The translations under genes and the position numbers were made by a program. The notes under the pieces were generated by a model. That model did no database searches. It was not told where the DNA came from and saw only the letters and a program-made list of their open reading frames with translations. Below are positions 10,748-23,419 of a DNA stretch of 64,000 nt, in pieces. The stretch comes from Vulcanimicrobiota bacterium (GTDB lineage Bacteria > Vulcanimicrobiota > Vulcanimicrobiia > Vulcanimicrobiales > Vulcanimicrobiaceae). Numbering within the stretch: the stretch's first letter is position 1; every line of letters starts with the position of its first letter. Where the stretch lies: the NCBI GenBank assembly GCA_963723515.1, contig CAVRQT010000002.1, positions 416,001-480,000 of the forward strand, written 5' to 3'.

Positions 10748-12247
10748 ATGCGCTCCCGCTCGCGTCTCGTTTTCAACGGTTTTGCACTGCTCTTCGGTAT
10801 GCTGCTCGCTTTGGCGGCTTGCAGCAAGAATTCGAATTCGGCGGCGCCTACTGCGCCGACGCCGACACCTCCGACGAGCGTAACGTTCACGATTGCAGCG
10901 GGCGGAACATCGCAAGCCATTCCAGGCTCCTTTGGATACACCGGCACGGTCGCTTTCCCGCGCGCGACTGCGGGCGCCGGCACATCGTTTACGATCTCAG
11001 AAACCGGCACGGAACCTCCGACCGGCGCTCCGTCGCTCGGTCTTCCGAACGCGCCGCTGCTCTATTTCGATTTTGTAGCCGCAAAAACGGTAACCTTTGC
11101 CGGCTTCCCGTCCATCACGATAACGATTCCGAGCAATATCGTTACGACGGGCGAGCAGTTCTTCATCGCCTTCTTCGATCCGACGAATCCAGCCGCGGGA
11201 TGGATCACGAATTTTCGTGGGCCAGGGACGTTGAATGGCCAGACGCTCAGCTTCCCAGGCAATAGCACCCCGACGACATTTAAAGCGGGCGCCAGCTACG
11301 ACTACGTGCTTTACGCCGTCCAGCAGGGTGCAACGCCGAGCCCGCCGCCGGTCACGCGCTTCATCTACGCCTCGAACGGCTCAAACGCGACCGGATTACG
11401 CAACACCATTTTGATCTTTACTGCCAATTCGAACGGTAACGTGCCGCCGACGGCGACGCTGGCCGGCATGAGCACACAATTGAACCTTCCGAACGGAATG
11501 GCGTTTGGGGTTGGAACGACGGGCGGACGGCTTTATGTCGCGAACGGCGGCGGCACGATCACCGAATATGCGCAGCCTGCAATGGGCGACCAGGCGCCGA
11601 TTGTCGTGCTCGGCGGCGCGGGGTCGGCTCTGATATCGCCGCAATTCGTTGCCAGCGATCTTGCCGGCCAAGTGTACGTGACGCAGAATACCCAGACGAG
11701 CGGCTCCGATCGCGTGCTTGTGTTCGCGGCCAACGCAACGTTCGGCAGTCCGCCGAAACGCAACATCACCGCCGGGCTCCACATTCCCTACGGCATCGGC
11801 GTCGATGCGAGCGGCAACTTCTATGTTGCGAATCACGCGAGCAATAGCGTCGTTGAATTTAATCCGGCCGGCGCGCAGATCGGTTCCCTCTCGGGATCTA
11901 CGACAAAGATCAGTTCGCCGACTGGACTAGCCGTCGATGGAACGGGCGACGTTTTCGTCGCGAACGCGAACAACTCGATCCTCGTCTTTAAAGGTCCGCT
12001 TGCCAAAGGCAACAACAACGTTGCCCCGACGCAGACGATCAGCGGCGGCAGTACGCTGTTGAATTCACCGATGGAGCTGTGGCTCGATGGTCATATGACG
12101 CTCTTTGTTGCAAACAACGGCATGGGGGCAAACGCAAACTCGATCCTGACGTTCCCAAGCACGACGAGCGGCAATGTTTTCCCATTACAGTTCATCAACG
12201 GACCGCTGACCGAACTGGCGCAACCCTTCGGAGTAACCGCCTACTAA
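10748..12247 (+). CDS. Lipoprotein with C-terminal NHL/beta-propeller-like repeats
   Basis: Lipobox LAAC; repeats of the type P.G.AVD..G..YVAN...NSI. Confidence 0.75.
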   Translation: MRSRSRLVFNGFALLFGMLLALAACSKNSNSAAPTAPTPTPPTSVTFTIAAGGTSQAIPGSFGYTGTVAFPRATAGAGTSFTISETGTEPPTGAPSLGLPNAPLLYFDFVAAKTVTFAGFPSITITIPSNIVTTGEQFFIAFFDPTNPAAGWITNFRGPGTLNGQTLSFPGNSTPTTFKAGASYDYVLYAVQQGATPSPPPVTRFIYASNGSNATGLRNTILIFTANSNGNVPPTATLAGMSTQLNLPNGMAFGVGTTGGRLYVANGGGTITEYAQPAMGDQAPIVVLGGAGSALISPQFVASDLAGQVYVTQNTQTSGSDRVLVFAANATFGSPPKRNITAGLHIPYGIGVDASGNFYVANHASNSVVEFNPAGAQIGSLSGSTTKISSPTGLAVDGTGDVFVANANNSILVFKGPLAKGNNNVAPTQTISGGSTLLNSPMELWLDGHMTLFVANNGMGANANSILTFPSTTSGNVFPLQFINGPLTELAQPFGVTAY

Positions 12248-12248
12248 A

Positions 12249-14075
12249 CTGAGGACTCGCCCCGACATCCGCAACGTCGCGATCATCGCGCACGTCGATC
12301 ACGGCAAAACGACGCTCATCGACGCGATGCTCAGCCAAAGCGGTCTGTTTCGGACCGGGGAAAGAGTGTCCGTGCGTGTGATGGACTCAAACCCGCTCGA
12401 ACGCGAGCGCGGTATCACTATCCTGGCCAAGAATACCGCCATCCAACGCGGTCCCGTAAAATTCAACATCGTGGACACGCCCGGTCACGCCGATTTCGGC
12501 GGCGAGGTCGAACGCGTTTTGCAGATGGTTCAAGGCGTGTTGCTGCTAGTGGACGCGGTCGAAGGCGTGATGCCGCAGACGCGCTTCGTGCTGCGCAAGG
12601 CGCTCGAAGCGGACCTGCGCGCGATCGTCGTCATCAACAAGATCGACCGGCGGGACGCGCGTCCGGGTGAGATCGTCAACCAGGTGTTCGATCTGTTCAT
12701 CGATCTGGGCGCGACCGAGGAGCAAGCCGATTTTCCCGTTCTTTACACGAACGCAAAGCGCGGCATTGCGAAACGCTCGCCCGAGGCGGCCGAGAGCGAC
12801 CTCACGCTCCTTTTCGATTCCATCGTCCGCCATATCCCAGAGCCGCCCGCCGAAGAGGGCGGCTTCCAAATGCTCGTCTCGGCGATCGACCACAACAGCT
12901 ATGTCGGACGCATCGGGATCGGTCGTGTCTTCCGCGGAACGTGCAGCGTCAACGCGCCGATCGTAAAATTCGCGCGCGACGGCGAGCCTGAAGGCGGCCT
13001 GCGCTTGAGCAAGTTGTTGGCCTTCGCGGGTCTCGAGCGGATCGAGATCGAGCAGGCTGAAGCCGGCGACATCGTCTGCGTTTCAGGCATTGCCGGCTTG
13101 AACATCGGCGACACACTCGCGGGCGCAGATGCGCCCGAGCCGATCGCGGCGGTTGCAATCGACGAACCCACTGTGTCGATCTCTTTGAGCGTAAACACGT
13201 CTCCGTTCGCCGGACGCGAGGGAAGATTCCTCACCTCGCGACACCTACGCGAACGCCTGATCCGGGAACTGGAATCCAACGTCGCACTGCGTGTTGCTGA
13301 CACCGAAAGCCCGGACACCTTCGACGTCCGCGGCCGTGGCGAGCTGCATCTCTCGATCCTGATCGAGACGATGCGCCGCGAAGGGTACGAACTGGCAGCC
13401 TCCAAACCGCAAGTGATCCTCACCCAGCGTAATGGTGTCAAGTACGAGCCAATCGAGTACGTCGTGATCGACGTTCTCGATCGCTACTCGGGGCCGACCA
13501 TCGATGCATTGGGGAAGCGAAAGGCGACGATGTCGAACATGCTCAGCGTAGGGGAATCGCGCCGTCTCGAGTACCGAATGCCGACCCGCGCGATTTTCGG
13601 GCTGCGCAGTGAACTCCTTACGCTTTCCCGCGGCACCGCCGTGATGTCGCACACATACTACGACCACGAACCGTGGGAAGGCACGCTTCCGGGTCGCGCT
13701 TACGGCGTGCTGGTTGCCAGTGAGGGCGGCACAACGACCGGCTACGCAATGATGGGCCTGGAAGCGCGCGGACGTTTTTTCATTGGTCCCGGCACGGAAG
13801 TGTACGAAGGGATGATCGTCGGTCGAGCCAGCGACGACAAGGACGTCGCGGTCAACGCTTGCCGGGCCAAAAAACTCACGAACATGCGGGCCGCCGGCAC
13901 AGACGAAAGCGTCAAGCTTGCTCCCCCCGACGAACTTTCGCTCGAACGCGCGATCGAGTTCATTGACGACGACGAGCTGGTCGAGGTCACGCCGAAAGCG
14001 ATCCGCTTGCGCAAGCGTCTCTTGCGCGAAAGCGACCGCCTGCGCCGGCGCAAGCGCGCGCTCGCTCAAGCATGA
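12249..14075 (+). CDS. typA: Translational GTPase TypA/BipA
   Basis: IRNVAIIAHVDHGKTT upstream of the called ATG, ERERGITILAKN, DTPGHADFGGEVER, GRGELHLSILIE; probable CTG start. Confidence 0.95.
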   Translation: MRTRPDIRNVAIIAHVDHGKTTLIDAMLSQSGLFRTGERVSVRVMDSNPLERERGITILAKNTAIQRGPVKFNIVDTPGHADFGGEVERVLQMVQGVLLLVDAVEGVMPQTRFVLRKALEADLRAIVVINKIDRRDARPGEIVNQVFDLFIDLGATEEQADFPVLYTNAKRGIAKRSPEAAESDLTLLFDSIVRHIPEPPAEEGGFQMLVSAIDHNSYVGRIGIGRVFRGTCSVNAPIVKFARDGEPEGGLRLSKLLAFAGLERIEIEQAEAGDIVCVSGIAGLNIGDTLAGADAPEPIAAVAIDEPTVSISLSVNTSPFAGREGRFLTSRHLRERLIRELESNVALRVADTESPDTFDVRGRGELHLSILIETMRREGYELAASKPQVILTQRNGVKYEPIEYVVIDVLDRYSGPTIDALGKRKATMSNMLSVGESRRLEYRMPTRAIFGLRSELLTLSRGTAVMSHTYYDHEPWEGTLPGRAYGVLVASEGGTTTGYAMMGLEARGRFFIGPGTEVYEGMIVGRASDDKDVAVNACRAKKLTNMRAAGTDESVKLAPPDELSLERAIEFIDDDELVEVTPKAIRLRKRLLRESDRLRRRKRALAQA

Positions 14076-14081
14076 GAAGTT

Positions 14082-16724
14082 TCATTTTTTCCCCGCTTTC
14101 TCTAGGGCCGCGACGGGCCGTGGGTTGAAGCTCAGCGTCTCGCGCGCCTGATCGTAATCGATGTACACGTGCTCGCCGTCGTGAATCTCGGCAGCTAAGA
14201 TCTTGCGGCCGAGCGGCGTTTCGATCTCGCGCTGAATCGCCCGTTTGAGCGGCCGCGCCCCGTAGGTTGGATCGTAACCGGTGCGCACGAGATGCCGCTT
14301 CGCCGCATCCGATAACTCGATTGTGATGTGCCGCTGCGCCAACCGCTCCCGCAGCCGCGTCAACTGAATCTCGACGATCTCGCCGAGTTGCTCCTCGCTG
14401 AGCGCGTGGAAGACGATGATCTCGTCGACACGGTTGAGGAATTCAGGGCGGAAATGTTGTCGCAATTCATCGAGCACGGTCGCGCGCATGATGGCGTACT
14501 CTGCGCCGCTAAAATCGCCCTGATAATCCAAAATGCGGTGGCTGCCGATGTTCGAGGTCATGATCACGATTGCGTTGCGAAAATCAACCGTGTGACCTTG
14601 CCCGTCGGTCAGACGTCCATCATCGAGGATCTGCAGCAGCACGTTGAAAACGTCGCTGTGCGCCTTCTCGATCTCATCGAATAGAATAACCGCGTATGGA
14701 CGGCGACGCACCGCTTCCGTTAACTGTCCGCCCTCTTCAAAGCCGACGTAGCCCGGAGGCGCGCCGATCAATCGCGCGACGGTGTGCTTCTCTTGATACT
14801 CCGACATGTCGATGCGAACCATCGCATGCTCGTCGTCGAAAAGCGCGGCGGCTAACGCACGCGCCAACTCCGTCTTACCGACGCCGGTTGGTCCCAGAAA
14901 AATGAAGGAGCCGATCGGACGATTCGGGTCGGCCAAGCCGGAGCGGGAGCGAACGACGGCCTCCGCAACGGCGTCGACCGCTTCATCTTGCCCGATGACG
15001 CGCTTATGCAGCTCCTCATCGAGATGCAGCAGCTTTTGGACCTCGCCTTCGAGCAGCTTCGTGACCGGAATGCCGGTCCAGCGGCTAATGACCTCGGCAA
15101 TGTCTTCCTCGTCGACTTCTTCTTTTGAGAGTCTCGCCGCGCCGTCGCGCTCGCTAAGCGCCTGCTCCTGCGAATGCAGCTCTTTTTCGAGCTCCGCCAA
15201 ACGGCCGTACCGCAATTGTGCGACACGCTCCAGATCGTATTGACGCTCGGCCTGTTCGATCTGCACCTTCGTTTGTTCGATCTGCTCCCGCAAGGCGCGC
15301 AGCTTGAGTGCCGAGCCTTTTTCGGATTGCCAGCGCTGCTGAAGCTCATCGCGCTGTGGACGTAGGGCGCCGATTTCTTCTTCGAGTTTGTCAAGGCGCG
15401 CGCGGCTGCTCGCATCGGACTCTTTGCGCAGCGCCTCCCGTTCGATTTCCAGTTGCATCAATCGCCGCGATACTTCATCGAGCTCCTGCGGCATCGAATC
15501 GATCTCGGTGCGCAACTTCGCCGCCGCTTCATCGACGAGATCGATCGCTTTATCCGGCAAGTACCGGTCGGAAATATAACGGTTTGAAAGCACTGCGGCC
15601 GCGACAAGTGCCGAATCTTTGATGCGCACGCCATGATGTGCTTCGTACTTCTCTTTGAGGCCGCGTAAAATTGAAATCGTATCCTCGACGCTCGGCTGAT
15701 CGACGAAGATCGGTTGAAAGCGCCGCTCTAACGCCGCATCTTTTTCGACGTACTTGCGGTATTCGTCAAGCGTCGTTGCGCCGATCATGTGCAGCTCGCC
15801 GCGTGCGAGCATCGGCTTGAGGAGGTTGCCCGCATCCATTGCACCCTCGGCTTTGCCGGCGCCGACTACGGTGTGCAACTCGTCGACGAAGAGAATGATG
15901 TTGCCTGCGGATTGCTGGACATCTTTGAGCACCGCCTTCAGGCGCTCTTCGAACTCGCCGCGATACTTTGCGCCGGCGATCAGCGCGCCCATGTCGAGCG
16001 CGACGATGCGGCGATTCTTCAGCCCTTCCGGCACATCGCCGCGAACGATCCGCTGTGCAAGCCCTTCTACGATTGCCGTCTTTCCGACGCCGGGATCACC
16101 AATGAGCACCGGATTGTTTTTCGTCCGGCGCGAGAGCACTTGAATGACACGCCGAATTTCGTCGTCGCGGCCGATGACGGGATCGAGCTTGCCTTCTTCC
16201 GCCTCCGCCGTCAGATCACGGCCGTAACGCTCGAGGCTCTTGTACGTGCCTTCGGGATTCTGGCTCGTGACGCGCTGGTTGCCGCGGACTTGCCGCAACG
16301 CTTGCAATATTGAGTCTCGCGTCAGATTGAATCCGCGAAAGAGTTGACCGACAGGCCCGGTCGTCTGCGCCATGGCAAGCAAGAGATGTTCGATCGAAAC
16401 GTAGTCATCGCCAAGCGATCGCGCTTCAATGTCTGCGGCAGACAGAACGCGCGCCAATTCCGGTGAGATCTGCACCTGTGCGTTCTCCGCACCGGTTCCC
16501 GTCATCCGCGGAAGCCGCCCGATTAACTCATCTGTTTTGCGCGAGAGCGCACCGATGTCGGCGCCCGCACGCGCCAGAATATCGGACCCTATGCCGCGAT
16601 CCTGATCCAGAATCGCCGCCAGCAGATGCTCGGGCGTCGTTTGCGTGTTGTGTTCTGAGAGCGCTCGCGAATACGCGGCGTTGAGCGCATCGGCGACGCG
16701 CTCGGTAAGGCGGTCGGCGTTCAT
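14082..16724 (-). CDS. clpB: ATP-dependent chaperone ClpB
   Basis: Two AAA+ modules ([16 protein letters not shown]), coiled-coil middle domain, GARPLKR. Confidence 0.97.
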   Translation of the reverse strand: MNADRLTERVADALNAAYSRALSEHNTQTTPEHLLAAILDQDRGIGSDILARAGADIGALSRKTDELIGRLPRMTGTGAENAQVQISPELARVLSAADIEARSLGDDYVSIEHLLLAMAQTTGPVGQLFRGFNLTRDSILQALRQVRGNQRVTSQNPEGTYKSLERYGRDLTAEAEEGKLDPVIGRDDEIRRVIQVLSRRTKNNPVLIGDPGVGKTAIVEGLAQRIVRGDVPEGLKNRRIVALDMGALIAGAKYRGEFEERLKAVLKDVQQSAGNIILFVDELHTVVGAGKAEGAMDAGNLLKPMLARGELHMIGATTLDEYRKYVEKDAALERRFQPIFVDQPSVEDTISILRGLKEKYEAHHGVRIKDSALVAAAVLSNRYISDRYLPDKAIDLVDEAAAKLRTEIDSMPQELDEVSRRLMQLEIEREALRKESDASSRARLDKLEEEIGALRPQRDELQQRWQSEKGSALKLRALREQIEQTKVQIEQAERQYDLERVAQLRYGRLAELEKELHSQEQALSERDGAARLSKEEVDEEDIAEVISRWTGIPVTKLLEGEVQKLLHLDEELHKRVIGQDEAVDAVAEAVVRSRSGLADPNRPIGSFIFLGPTGVGKTELARALAAALFDDEHAMVRIDMSEYQEKHTVARLIGAPPGYVGFEEGGQLTEAVRRRPYAVILFDEIEKAHSDVFNVLLQILDDGRLTDGQGHTVDFRNAIVIMTSNIGSHRILDYQGDFSGAEYAIMRATVLDELRQHFRPEFLNRVDEIIVFHALSEEQLGEIVEIQLTRLRERLAQRHITIELSDAAKRHLVRTGYDPTYGARPLKRAIQREIETPLGRKILAAEIHDGEHVYIDYDQARETLSFNPRPVAALEKAGKK

Positions 16725-16801
16725 ACGTCCATCTTTCCCGGACCGGCGCGGGCCTCTTTTAAGTTTCGTTCCCTTTTAGTCTCTGCGCCGGGAGTCGATC
16801 T

Positions 16802-18679
16802 CTAGGAAGCAGCCGATATTCTTGAGCGCAGCATTCGGTAGTCGCCGCTGCGCACAGTGATGCCGCGCGCGTCAAACCACTCGAGCAACGGCACGGCATG
16901 CTTGCGCGACGTGCCGATCAGATCGCGGAATTCGGCCATCGTAATCTGCCGGCGTTCGTCGATCAGGCGCTCGAGCTCGCGGTTGATCTGCTGTATTTGG
17001 CTCCCACGATAGAGATCGTCGCCGACTTTGACAAGTGCGCCGGTAACCAGCAGCGTGTCGAAGGCGCGCGATAAGCCGGGAATGCGCGCTCCGCGCATCC
17101 GTTCGAGGACTGCACCTGCTGACGCGGGCTTGAACCGATCTTGTGAATCAATCGCCACCTCTTGTTCGAAGAAGGTACGTTGCTCGGCGCTCAATTGGGG
17201 CACGTGTTCGGTCGGAGCGTAGTAGCCGGCGCGATGCGCCACTTTGCCTTCCTCGGCAAACGCTGAGAGCAATCTCAATAGTAGCGGTTCAGCCATACCG
17301 AGCAAGCGCGAAAGGGCCAGCGATGTCATTCCCGTGCTCCACGGCTCGGCGCGCACGTGCGTTTGTAAGGCCGTCAAAACGTCTTGTAAGAATTTCTGCG
17401 CGTGAGTTGCTGCGACAAAGCCTTGCGGGCGGGACACTTGTATCACGTTGCCCTGTTCAACGAGCCGCTCCAGCGATAGCCGTATGACATCTTCTCGCAC
17501 GTTGACGCGAGCCGCAAGTTTTGCAGCGTCGATCGGCTCGACTCCTAGCGAATCGAGCACGGCTTGCGTTCGCTCGTCGATTTCCGCGCCCGCATCTGAT
17601 GGCTGGTCGGCGGAAAGCGACCCCAAGCCGCTGATCGTTCCGCCGCCAAGAAGCGTCTTCGGGGACATCCGCCGTACGACAAAATGCGTTCCGGGATACA
17701 CGATTGTGGGCCGCTGCAGATGCAGCGTTGCCGGCACGCTGGAACAATCCGTCGGAACTTCCTCAAGAATCAGTGAGCCGGCGGTTTCCGCCGAACCGAT
17801 GTATGCCTTGACGGCGATGCGGCGGCGTAGGAGCGGCAATGCTTCGGCGAGCGGTGCAAAGTATACGTTGAACGTCACGGCCGGTTCGAATTGCGGACTA
17901 GCAAGGACTTCACCACGTGCAATTTCGTTTACGGCGACGCTTGGAAGATTGGCCGCCACGCGAGCGCCGGCGGCAACGTATTTTTGGGGCGTGCCGAAAA
18001 CTTGCAAGCTTCTGATACGCGCTTTCTTGCCGCTCGGCTGAAGCATCAGCTGCTCGCCAACCCGCAGCGTTCCTTGCATTAACGTTCCGGTGACAATCGT
18101 GCCATGCCCCGGCAGCGCGAAGATACGATCGATCGGCAGATACGGCGGAGCTTGCACATTGCGCGGCGCTATCGACCGGAGTTCTGCCGCGATCAGGCCG
18201 CGCAACTCTTCGAGGCCGGCGCCGGTAACGGTGCTCGTCGCGACGATCGGCGCACCGTCGCTGATTGTCCCGTTCAACGATTCGCGGACTGTTTCGAGCG
18301 TCGAATCGACGACATCATCGGCGATCAAATCGATCTTCGTAACGACGAGGATCGTGCGCCGCACATTGAGATACCGCAGGATTGCAAGATGCTCGTATGT
18401 TTGCGGCTTCGGCGCCTTCGTTCGCCGCGACGACCAGCAAGAGCAACTCCATGCCGGCCGCGCCCGCGAGCATGTTATGCAGAAATCGTTCATGCCCGGG
18501 CACATCAACGATGCCGGCTTCTACCTGCTGCCGTCCAACCGCAGATGCGCAAAGCCGAGATCGAGCGTCATACCGCGCAGTTGCTCCTCGAGCCAGCGAT
18601 CAGGATTCGTTCCCGTCAGCGCTTGAACGAGCGCCGATTTTCCGTGGTCGACGTGGCCAGCGGTGCCGACTATGTGCAT
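16802..18679 (-). CDS. selB: Selenocysteine-specific elongation factor SelB; two frameshifts near 18525 and 18410
   Basis: [33 protein letters not shown]-terminal [15 protein letters not shown]; adjacent to selA. Confidence 0.92.
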
Positions 18680-18682
18680 GCG

Positions 18683-20023
18683 TTACTCTTGCGCGTGCAG
18701 CGCTCGTATGACGATATCGTCGTCATCCTCGGCGACCGTTCGCAAATCGAGCAAGAGGCGGCCGTTCTCTAGGCGCCCGATAATCGGCGGCGGCCATCTG
18801 CGCACCGCAGTTTCAATCTTGCCGTGCGGATCCGGTACGGCGATTGCTACGGATGGGATCGCTGTTTCCGGAAACGTTCCGCCTCCGACGTACGCCTCGC
18901 TCGAAACCGCCTCTACCAAAGGAAGATTCTCGGTGTAGCGCTGCGCCCGAAGCTGCAACTCTTCAACGGATCGTCCGAGCATCGCAAAGAGCGGAATCTC
19001 GCTCAGCCGCTCTTCGGAGGCATAGCATTGGAGCGTTGCCGCCAGCAACGCAAGTGTGACCTTGTCGACGCGCAGCGCGCGAATCAGCGGGTTCTCGCGT
19101 AAACGTGCCACATGCGCTCGCTTGCCAACAATGATTCCGGCTTGCGGTCCGCCGAGCAGTTTGTCGCCGGAAAACGCGGCTAGTTGGACTCCATCGCTGA
19201 CGGCTTCTTGCACTGTGCGTTCGTGCGGTAAACCAAACCGCTCAAAATTGAGCAGTGCACCGCTTCCCAGATCTTCCACGACCGGAATACCAACGCGGCG
19301 CCCTAAGGCTGCTAGTGCGCTGACGGTCACACGTTGCGTGAAGCCGCTCAACCGAAAGTTCGAAAGATGGGAACGAAAGATCAGCGCCGAGTTGGCGTTC
19401 AAGGCGCGCTCATAGTCGCGCAAATAGACCTTGTTCGCCGTCCCAACTTCAACGAGCCGGGCACCGCTTCGTGCAAACACATCCGGCAGCCGAAATTCGC
19501 CCCCGATTTCGATCAGCTCGTTGCGCGCTATGACGACATCGCGGTTGCGCGCAAACGTATCGAGAATCAGCACGACCGCCGCAGCACAGTTATTGACGAC
19601 GATCGCGTCCTGCGCGCCGGTCAACTCCCGCAGTACCGGCGCCAGGCGCGAGTACCGCGATCCGCGCCGGCCCTCGTTCAAGTCGTACTCGAGGTTTGTA
19701 TAGCCTGACGCGAGATCGGATGCGGCGCCGAGCGCAACGCGCGAGATCGGAGCGCGCCCCAGATTCGTGTGTAAGAGAACACCGGTGGCGTTGATGACGT
19801 CGCGCAGGGTCCGGCTTGCCGCTCGGTCGAGATCGCGCAGCACCGCTGCGCTCAAGGTTCGGTAATCGGAGGATGCGCCGTCAGCGCGTGCCCGATCCAG
19901 GACATCGGTTAGGACTCTCTTCACGTTTTCGTGACCGAGCGCCGGCTCATACGCCGCAATGCGGCGGTCAGAGAAAAAACGATGCACCGGCGGAATCCGC
20001 CGTCGTGCATCGCGATCGTTCAT
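18683..20023 (-). CDS. selA: L-seryl-tRNA(Sec) selenium transferase
   Basis: [50 protein letters not shown]. Confidence 0.95.
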   Translation of the reverse strand: MNDRDARRRIPPVHRFFSDRRIAAYEPALGHENVKRVLTDVLDRARADGASSDYRTLSAAVLRDLDRAASRTLRDVINATGVLLHTNLGRAPISRVALGAASDLASGYTNLEYDLNEGRRGSRYSRLAPVLRELTGAQDAIVVNNCAAAVVLILDTFARNRDVVIARNELIEIGGEFRLPDVFARSGARLVEVGTANKVYLRDYERALNANSALIFRSHLSNFRLSGFTQRVTVSALAALGRRVGIPVVEDLGSGALLNFERFGLPHERTVQEAVSDGVQLAAFSGDKLLGGPQAGIIVGKRAHVARLRENPLIRALRVDKVTLALLAATLQCYASEERLSEIPLFAMLGRSVEELQLRAQRYTENLPLVEAVSSEAYVGGGTFPETAIPSVAIAVPDPHGKIETAVRRWPPPIIGRLENGRLLLDLRTVAEDDDDIVIRALHAQE

Positions 20024-20027
20024 CTTC

Positions 20028-20360
20028 TTAGGCGGCGGCTAAGTGCTTCGAGAGCATTGAGTTGATCGCCGAGTCCGATACATAGCCGACGATTCGATCG
20101 ACCGGCTGACCATTCTTGAAAAGAATCAAGCACGGAATTCCGGAGACCTGATAACGCGCTGCAAGATTCGGGTTGTCGTCGGTGTTAAGCTTCACAAATT
20201 TGGCGCGCCCGGTATGCGCGCCGGCAACCTTCTCGACGACCGGCGCCAGCATCTTGCACGGCCCGCACCACGGCGCCCAGAAATCAACGAGCACGGGCTG
20301 CGTGCTCGAGAGCACCTCATTGGGGAATGTCGCCTCTGAAACGTCGGCTAATGAACTCAT
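20028..20360 (-). CDS. trxA: Thioredoxin
   Basis: DFWAPWCGPC. Confidence 0.95.
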   Translation of the reverse strand: MSSLADVSEATFPNEVLSSTQPVLVDFWAPWCGPCKMLAPVVEKVAGAHTGRAKFVKLNTDDNPNLAARYQVSGIPCLILFKNGQPVDRIVGYVSDSAINSMLSKHLAAA

Positions 20361-20443
20361 CAGTTACTCCGTTCTCCTCCGATGTCTTAAAACTGACAGC
20401 GGCGGCGCGGTTGCGGCCGCTCTCGCCTTAGAAGTTGAACTGC

Positions 20444-22961
20444 TTAAACGAGGTCGACCTGCTGCGGCTCACCGGTGATTTCGGTCAGCTGCTTGCTTTG
20501 GACGCCGAGATTCGTCAGCGCGATGACCTCGTCGCCCGCTTGCAAACGTTGCAGGCGAACGCCCTTCGTCGAGCGTCCGACTTTGCGAATGCCGGACACC
20601 TTCAAACGAATGACCTGATTTGCGGAAGTGATCATCAAAATCTGGTCGTCCGGCTTGACCAGAATCTGATCGACGACGTGCCCGATGCCTTTCTCCCGCG
20701 CGAACGCCTTGACGCCTTTGCCGCCGCGTGCAGTATGCCGATAGTCGGAGATCGGCGTTCGTTTTCCAAAGGCTTGCGAGGTGACGATCAGCACTTCTTT
20801 GCGTTCTTCTTCCAGCACGTCCATCGCGACGAGCGTATCGCCGCGTTCGAGCTTCATCGCCCGCACGCCGCGCGCGGGTCGTCCCATCGGCCGAACATCT
20901 TTCTCGTTGAAGTGCACCGCCATGCCTAGCCGCGTCGCCAGAATGACGTCGCGGGATCCGTCAGAGAGGTCAACGGCGAGCAATTCATCGTTGGCGTCGA
21001 GGTTGATCGCAATCAGACCGTTGCGCCGGACATTCGCAAAGTCGCTCGAGCTTCGTCTTCTTGATGACGCCGTGGCACGTCACCATGACAAGGTATTGGT
21101 TGGCTTCGAAATTTCGCACGGGGAGGACTGCGGTCACATATTCACCCGGTGGAAGCGTCAGCAAATTGACCAGCGCAGTGCCGCGCGCTTGCCGCGAGGT
21201 ATCCGGAATTTCGTAGCCCCGCAGACGATAGACACGCCCGCGGTTCGTAAAGAAGAAGACATGTTGGTGCGTCGTCGCCATGAAGAAGTTGCGAACGACG
21301 TCCTCGCGTTTGAGGTTCGCAATGCCGATCACGCCACGTCCGCCGCGATTCTGCGAGCGGAACGTATCGACGGAGACCCGTTTGATGTACCCGCCGACGG
21401 TATAGGTCACGACGACGTCGGTGTCCGGAATGAGCTCCTCGATCGAGAACTCGTCTTCTGCCGGCGCGATTTCGGTGCGCCGTTCATCGCCGAAACGCTT
21501 CTTCAGATCGAGCGCCTCGCTCTTGACGATGCCCGCGATTCGGCGCGCGCTGCGCAAGATGTCTTGCAATTCGGCGATCGTCTTGAGCAGTTCCGTGTAC
21601 TCGCGCTCGATGCGGTCGCGTTCCAAACCGGTCAGCGTTCGCAGGCGCATATCGACGATTGCGTTGGCTTGAATCTCCGAGAGTTTGAAGCGCTGCATCA
21701 ACCCCGTGCGCGCCTCTTCGACGGTTTGACTGCGCCGGATCAGTTTGATGACCGCATCGATGTTGTCAAGCGCAATGCGGTAGCCCTCGAGCAAATGCGC
21801 GCGTTCCTCGGCCTTGCGCAAATCATAGCTCGTGCGTTTGGTGATGACGTCCTTGCGATGCGTGATGTAGCGTTCGAGGAGCCCGCGCAGTGAAAGCACC
21901 TGCGGTTCGAGCGCAACGGGCAAGTTGCTCGGCTCACCCTTTCGTTCCGCGCCGACCGGAACGAGGGCAAGCATGTTGAAGCCGAAACTCGATTGGAGCG
22001 GCGTATGCTTGTAAAGCTGATTGAGCACGACGTTGGGAGTTGCGTTGCGATGCAGCTCGACGACGACGCGCATCCCTTTGCGATTTGACTCATCGTCGAG
22101 CCGGACAATGCCGCCGATCCGTTTTTCCGCATGCGCCTCGGCGATTGCCTCGACGATGCGCGCTTTGGTCGTTTGAAACGGCACCTCGGTGATGATGACG
22201 CGCGTCTTGCCGCGCTCTTCAACGATCTCTGCGCGCCCGCGGACGATCACCGAGCCGCGACCCGTGCGGTAGGCCTGTTTGATCGCTTCGTGGCCCAGGA
22301 TGATTCCGGAGGTTGGGAAGTCCGGACCCTTGACGAGATCGAGCAAATCGTCCTCGGGGAGGTTCGGATCGTCGATCAGCGCCGCAATGGCGTCCACGAT
22401 TTCCGAGAGATTGTGCGGCGGAATGTTCGTTGCCATTCCGACTGCAATGCCGCTGGAGCCGTTAATGAGCAGCTGCGGAAGCTTGCCGGGCAGAACGGTC
22501 GGTTCGGTCCCCTGGTTGTCGAAGTTCGGAACGAACGGAACCGTTTCTTTATCGATATCGGCGAGGGCTTCGAGCGATGGCCGCGCTAGGCGCGCCTCGG
22601 TATAGCGATATGCAGCCGGCGGATCGCCGTCGATCGAACCGAAGTTGCCGTGTCCGTCAACGAGCGTGTAGCGCAGCGTGAACTCTTGCGCCATGCGAAC
22701 GAGCGCATCATACACCGAGCTGTCGCCATGCGGATGGTAAGACTTCAGCACCTCGCCGATGACACCGGCGCACTTGCGATGCTGCTTCGTGGGGTCCAGC
22801 CCCATTTCGCGCATGGCGTAAAGAATGCGGCGCTGAACGGGCTTGAGGCCATCGCGAACGTCGGGAAGCGCGCGCGAGGCAATAACCGACATCGCATAGC
22901 TGAGATACGATTCCCGCATCTCATCTTCGACGTTAATCTGCGAAATGATATCGTTGTTCAA
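20444..22961 (-). CDS. gyrA: DNA gyrase subunit A; one frameshift near 21040
   Basis: [39 protein letters not shown], GyrA-box QNRGGRG, C-terminal pinwheel repeats in ORF 20444..20983; probable TTG start. Confidence 0.95.
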
Positions 22962-22987
22962 AACGTTTGTATGATTTCGCCAATTCG

Positions 22988-23419
22988 ATGAAACGAACAT
23001 TCACGACAGAAGCCGCACTGACAAGCTTCGCGAGCGAATTTGCACGCCAATTGCAGCCTGGTGACGTCGTCGCATTCGCCGGCCCGCTCGGCTCCGGCAA
23101 GACGACCTTCGTTCGCGCCATCGTGAAAGGACGTCTCGGGCACGATCCGACGACGAGCCCGACTTTCACCTTCCGTCATCGTTACGAGCCGAAAACCATG
23201 GGAGACGGGCCGGCGATCGAGCATCTGGATTTTTATCGCATCAGGTGCTCGTCCGAGATCGTCGAGTTGGGGCTGGAGGAGGTGTTCGACGGCCAATCCA
23301 TCGTGCTGGTCGAATGGTGGCAGAAGGCGCCACACATTCTGCCAAGCCGGCGGTATGAAATCACGCTCCAGGGTGTCGGCAACGGGCCACGCACGCTACA
23401 GCTGCAGCCTCGCAATTGA
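22988..23419 (+). CDS. tsaE: tRNA t6A biosynthesis ATPase TsaE
   Basis: [22 protein letters not shown]. Confidence 0.92.
   Translation: MKRTFTTEAALTSFASEFARQLQPGDVVAFAGPLGSGKTTFVRAIVKGRLGHDPTTSPTFTFRHRYEPKTMGDGPAIEHLDFYRIRCSSEIVELGLEEVFDGQSIVLVEWWQKAPHILPSRRYEITLQGVGNGPRTLQLQPRN

Noticed and set aside
20985..21060. Split or programmed-frameshift gyrA and selB
   Set aside because: No slippery heptamer evident, and similar breaks occur throughout the window; error is more parsimonious
20781..21893. Long antisense ORFs (370 aa here, also opposite typA, leuS, katG, amtB)
   Set aside because: Shadow ORFs expected opposite GC-rich genes; no motifs
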